Origin: an uncultured Methylococcaceae bacterium
GTDB lineage: Bacteria; Pseudomonadota; Gammaproteobacteria; Methylococcales; UBA1147
Direction: 5' to 3'
DNA length: 64,000 nt
Assembly (NCBI GenBank): GCA_964619885.1
Contig: CAZUGA010000011.1
Span: forward strand, 38,441 to 102,440
The translations under genes and the position numbers were made by a program. Shown here in pieces: positions 59,970-64,000 of the stretch. The number at the start of each line of letters is the position of its first letter. The first letter of the stretch is position 1. The notes beneath the pieces were generated by a model. That model had not been told where the DNA came from. It saw nothing but the letters and a program-made list of their open reading frames with translations, and made no database searches.

Positions 59970-61228
59970 TTGCTTACCTGCTGTTGGCCGCAAGGAATGT
60001 CAGCAATTGGAGTATAGGAATAAACAGTTTGGTTCGTGCTTCTGTTGTCGTCGAAGAGTCTTTTGAAATGTCCTGCCAAATTTGAGAGGCCATTGAAATC
60101 AATCGAACGCGCTGAATCAGGGGATACGGTGTTGTTTGACAATTGATGCGATACCGCCGTGAGCAATCGCCGCGGCGTCAACTCCGCTGGAGGTATACAG
60201 GTTAGCAATCCCAATTGCTCTAACCGCTTTGCACGTATCAATTGCTCGCGAACCGGTTTGTCTCGTGGTACGACCACGGCACGCTTGTTGATGGAAAGGA
60301 TTTCCACGATGGTATTGTAGCCTGCCATCGATACAACCAAATCTGCATCTCGCATATAGGCCATAAGATTTGGCGTGAATTCCAGCGTTTGTACGTGATC
60401 CAATCGATCGGACAGTTGATAAATCTTATTTCTGTTCGACACAGACATTTCAGGGCCTGTCACGATGGTACTGTTGATCCTAAATCCTTTGACACTTTCT
60501 AGACCGGCCAAATAGGTTTTTAGTAATTCGAACCCATCTTCTCCCCCCCCGGCTGTGACTAAAACACGGGGGGTTTCTTTTTCTGAAAATAAATCGATCA
60601 ATTCCGGATGCTTTGCGAAATGGGACCTGTGGGTATAACCGCAATATTCAAGTTTCTTGGCCGCTTCCGCAGGAAATTGGTATTCTCTGCCAACATCGAA
60701 GACATTGGACGCTCCCATAACCAAAATGGAATCGTAATGACGCTCTATACTTCTAAAATAATCGTTCTTTAGCCATATTCCTCTGGTCGTTTCCGGGTCG
60801 TCCAATATATCTCTAAGCAGCAGCACAACCTGGGTTTGTTTTTTCGCTCCCCGGACCAGTTCGAGCGTCGGAAGCAATTCATCCGCTACGCCACGTGGTT
60901 TCTTGTCCACCAAAATAATATCGGGGTCGAAATTGGCAACCGTCGCCTGAATAATTTGGGTTCTTACCGCGACCAATTCTTCAAACTGCGTACCCAATCT
61001 CTTTACCGTGTACTCGCCTTTTACGGTTCTTCCCAAACAGGGTAATTTTAGATAATCGAAACGTTTTTCCGGCAGGTGGAAATGATGGATCATCGGCGAA
61101 CCGGAGACCAACAGTACGGATAACTCCGGGATCGTTTCGAGAAGATGCTGGGTGATTGCCAACATACGTTTGATATTGCCCAACCCAAACGTATCATGCG
61201 AGTACACCACCAATTTTTTAATATTCAT
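59954..61228 (-). CDS. GT-B glycosyltransferase, MurG/GT28 C-terminal-domain-like
   Basis: Start at MNIKKLVVYSHDTFGLGNIKR, with aaggagg upstream. VTAGGGEDG and SMAGYNTIVEILSINKRAVVVPR. Confidence 0.68.
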   Translation of the reverse strand: MNIKKLVVYSHDTFGLGNIKRMLAITQHLLETIPELSVLLVSGSPMIHHFHLPEKRFDYLKLPCLGRTVKGEYTVKRLGTQFEELVAVRTQIIQATVANFDPDIILVDKKPRGVADELLPTLELVRGAKKQTQVVLLLRDILDDPETTRGIWLKNDYFRSIERHYDSILVMGASNVFDVGREYQFPAEAAKKLEYCGYTHRSHFAKHPELIDLFSEKETPRVLVTAGGGEDGFELLKTYLAGLESVKGFRINSTIVTGPEMSVSNRNKIYQLSDRLDHVQTLEFTPNLMAYMRDADLVVSMAGYNTIVEILSINKRAVVVPRDKPVREQLIRAKRLEQLGLLTCIPPAELTPRRLLTAVSHQLSNNTVSPDSARSIDFNGLSNLAGHFKRLFDDNRSTNQTVYSYTPIADIPCGQQQVSKCLVS

Positions 61229-61996
61229 ATTCTGCTCATTCCTCCTTGGCCCCATTTTTGTTCGATTGGGTTTCGTAACTAACAATACATTTCGTACCAA
61301 TCATTCAATCGATTCCCAAACCCCGTAAGAAAAGTTCTCATCGGTTCGGTCAATTTGAACCGGTCAAGTCAAATACTTGAACAAACTATTAAACTGGAGG
61401 GCCATCTTCGTTTTAGATTTGCCCGCCTTTAGGTCGGTAAAATCAACCTACGAGACTACCTTTTTACGGGAAAGGCCTATTTCCCATTTATCTATTTATC
61501 CGAGGATTAGCAAGAAAGGTTCAATAAATATTACGATTTGATGACAACAAGATCCCGAGAAACGGTTCAATTCGCCCGGATATCTGATACGTATCGTTGG
61601 TCGGGGCAGCGAGTGTAATGACAGCGCGGGCGAAGATTCGGACTCGGGAGGGAAACCTACGTGTAGTCCCTTAGGCACGCACATCGAGTGTAGCGCAGTC
61701 GCGCGTGAGATTACCGTTCCACGGTAGAATGCTTGTCCGTGGGTAACGTTAAGGAATTATAGATAGATCAAGAGCCCGCTACGTTCAGGAACGGGCCAGC
61801 AGATATGCGGTTAGATTTGCAACCAAAATATGATTGGTTCTGCCACGCTCTGAAAATCATGGATGAACTTATTGTGTGTCTTTAGAGATAAATTCGATCG
61901 GTCTATTTCCTCAGACAGATTGGCTCAAGAGTTAAAGCGTTAATCAATGACTTGTTGACGTGACCAAGCCACGTAAGATCAACCACTATAGAAGGG

Positions 61997-63271
61997 CTAA
62001 AACGGGACTGCAGCAGCATCGGCGACCGCTATCTCTTTATTGCACAACATTTTACAGATATCCAACGATTTATTGTCCTGCAATATTGCGCGAATTTTCT
62101 GTTGCGAGATCTTCGGATCGAGCTGCAGCATAAGTGCCACGATACCCGAAATCTGCGCGGCGGCAAGTGAACTGCCAGATACGTAATCGTAATTTCCGCG
62201 GGGTAGCGTAGTCAGAATATTGGTACCCGGAGCAACAACTGATGGGTCTAATTGTACAGTTGATTCCTGAGAGCCTCGACTGCTGCGAACGCCGATCACG
62301 CTGCTTAAAGACGCCGGGAAACTTTTCGCACCAGAAATCATACCGGCATCGGCGGCCACTGTAATGATTCCATTCTCGGCAGCTTTATCCAATAGCATCG
62401 TCAAAATTGGATCTACCGGTCCAGCCAAACTCATATTTAAAATATTAACCTTTGCTCTGATTGCAGAATTAACGGCTAGAGCCAACGTAAAACTGTTACA
62501 GATGGCCTTCATGTCATCTGCTTGCATGGGCCAGCAGGCTTTGAACGCCGACAGCCTAGCGCCAGGCGCTATCCCTACAATACCAGCGTTATTATTGGGC
62601 CGTGCCGAAATGACGCCCGCGACTGCAGTGCCGTGTGCATCATTGCTAAAATGGGGCGAAACAGATTCCGCGAAGTTTTTTGTGAATACTATTTGTCCTT
62701 CCAAATCCGGATGAGTGGTATCCACGCCAGTATCGACTATCCCGATGGAAACATCTCGACCTATCGTTCTGGCATGGACCTCCGCTATTCGCATTAATCG
62801 CAAGTTGGACTGCCATGTATAGTAAGGATCGTTACGATAGTGATCCGCTTCCACCTTGAAAACATGCATTTTCTGAGCAATACCGATTCTCTCATCACTG
62901 GACAGATTCTTGAGTACATGCTCAACAGAATCTGATTCGGGAACTCTAAGAACTACGCAATGAATGCCGATTTCCGTCATGGGCCAATCGGTCAGCATCT
63001 CAAGGTCGTAATCATTCGAAATTTGCGACACCACTCGCTTGCTCCAAGTCGACCCTTGATATTGGCCGCGCCGTCGATAGGAATCAGCGGAAGTCGCGAA
63101 AGCCTGTCTGTTGATATTCGAGTCTGCGAATCCAATCAACACCAATTGCTTTAAGTCACGCTTATCAAATACCTTAGGGATTTGTCTACCGTCTAACTTT
63201 GGGGACGCTAGCACCGCCCCCCACAAAGTCGAAAACGCGAGGATTAAGAACCAACAAAATTGACGCTTCAT
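61997..63271 (-). CDS. Secreted S8 (subtilisin-family) serine peptidase
   Basis: Signal peptide. Catalytic blocks GIVDTGVD (Asp), HGTAVAGV (His) and SGSSLAAAQISG (Ser). Confidence 0.9.
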   Translation of the reverse strand: MKRQFCWFLILAFSTLWGAVLASPKLDGRQIPKVFDKRDLKQLVLIGFADSNINRQAFATSADSYRRRGQYQGSTWSKRVVSQISNDYDLEMLTDWPMTEIGIHCVVLRVPESDSVEHVLKNLSSDERIGIAQKMHVFKVEADHYRNDPYYTWQSNLRLMRIAEVHARTIGRDVSIGIVDTGVDTTHPDLEGQIVFTKNFAESVSPHFSNDAHGTAVAGVISARPNNNAGIVGIAPGARLSAFKACWPMQADDMKAICNSFTLALAVNSAIRAKVNILNMSLAGPVDPILTMLLDKAAENGIITVAADAGMISGAKSFPASLSSVIGVRSSRGSQESTVQLDPSVVAPGTNILTTLPRGNYDYVSGSSLAAAQISGIVALMLQLDPKISQQKIRAILQDNKSLDICKMLCNKEIAVADAAAVPF

Positions 63272-63984
63272 CGTGTCGACCTTTTCGATTGAATTTGGAT
63301 GTTCGGAACAACGACGGGGCGTGCCGAAACGACGCCCGGATGATCTTGCAGCCGAGCAACCACCGCAGCTAGTTGCTTGAACCCGCTTACTTTATTATTT
63401 TGAATTCGAATATCAAAGATGTGATCGTGGCTAGATTTATCCTGTATAGCACCGTCTATAGAGGCAATAATCTGCTCAATTCGATCCGGCGGCATACTTG
63501 CTGCAAACTCAACCCGAATCGCTCTACCATCTAACGCGCTACGCTTTTTATCGGATAACGTTTGATACCCTGCTCTAGGTTCCACACCAACCCGATTGTA
63601 TTGCAAAAAAAACACCGAAACAGTAGCAATGGCAACCAATACTATCGGCGCACCCACCCAAATGGACTGACCTGTTAAGCATCCGATGATCCACTTCAAT
63701 GGATTATTCATTACAGCAGGAGCCATTGGCTCTTCGGGTAGCTCAATTCGTTCCTTCAAGTGCTCAAATGAAGCACCGGCCGCCAAATCCATGGTTTCGG
63801 AATAGGCCAATTCCGTTGAAAGTTTCTTTAAATTCTCGGCCTCACCCCTGCATGTCACACAAACCTTTAAGTGGTTCTCTACCAATGGATGCTCATATTC
63901 ATCAAGACTGCCATTAACATACCAGGGCAACAACAACCAAACATCGTCATGCGATGAATAATTTGACTGATCGTTGTGTTTCAT
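63268..63984 (-). CDS. Membrane anti-sigma factor (zf-HC2 type)
   Basis: N-terminus H-x3-C-x2-C (HLKVCVTCRGE), a single central TM, and a 4-nt ATGA overlap with the S8 peptidase gene. The cognate ECF sigma gene is presumably just beyond base 64000. Confidence 0.7.
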   Translation of the reverse strand: MKHNDQSNYSSHDDVWLLLPWYVNGSLDEYEHPLVENHLKVCVTCRGEAENLKKLSTELAYSETMDLAAGASFEHLKERIELPEEPMAPAVMNNPLKWIIGCLTGQSIWVGAPIVLVAIATVSVFFLQYNRVGVEPRAGYQTLSDKKRSALDGRAIRVEFAASMPPDRIEQIIASIDGAIQDKSSHDHIFDIRIQNNKVSGFKQLAAVVARLQDHPGVVSARPVVVPNIQIQSKRSTR

Positions 63985-64000
63985 AATTACCCTCCGGGGC

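Noticed and set aside
61496-61684. 62-aa ORF inside the long leader
   Set aside because: It has an odd composition (Pro/Ser/Cys-rich), no RBS, and lies in the GC-rich putative RNA-structure segment.

Overview
This 64-kb window looks like a gammaproteobacterial chromosome, judged from gene content and E. coli-like synteny; the taxon is not verified. It falls into three parts.

(1) Bases 1-25.4 kb are core genes: pilC-pilD, yrbG-kdsD-kdsC-lptC-lptA-lptB-rpoN-hpf-rapZ, mgtE, lgt, a GT1 glycosyltransferase, a hydroxypyruvate/tartronate-semialdehyde pair, MOSC, a MoaD-like protein, a glutaredoxin-like protein, metH, and an HTTM membrane protein.

(2) Bases 25.9-34.2 kb are a decayed accessory junction. 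It begins at a 47-nt tRNA-Phe 3' fragment, a likely island att scar. It holds parDE and higBA toxin-antitoxin modules, a class II Fic protein, four IS6-family copies or remnants, a miniature rve-type IS, and remnants of an hsdR gene and a TPR gene.

(3) Bases 34.2-61.3 kb are a large, mostly minus-strand envelope-glycan cluster. It encodes three WcaL-like GT4 proteins, two MurG/GT28-like GT-B proteins, a heparinase II/III-fold protein, a CE4-like protein and two membrane SGNH proteins. It also has three APH/choline-kinase-fold proteins (one fused to a cytidylyltransferase-like domain, one carrying a nonsense mutation), an MsbA-type ABC exporter and two outer-membrane barrels. An embedded module of unknown function contains a DUF6502-like protein and a GGIGGTG-repeat/DUF5666-like secreted protein. 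A ~700-nt leader, an S8 peptidase and a zf-HC2 anti-sigma factor lie upstream.

I found no rRNA, no intact tRNA and no CRISPR array. The best candidate for an undescribed system is the glycan cluster. No priming transferase, Wzx/Wzy, Wza/Wzc, KpsMT or synthase is recognisable in the window, and the cluster is unusually rich in kinase-fold proteins. All family assignments come from reading motifs in the translations, not from database searches.
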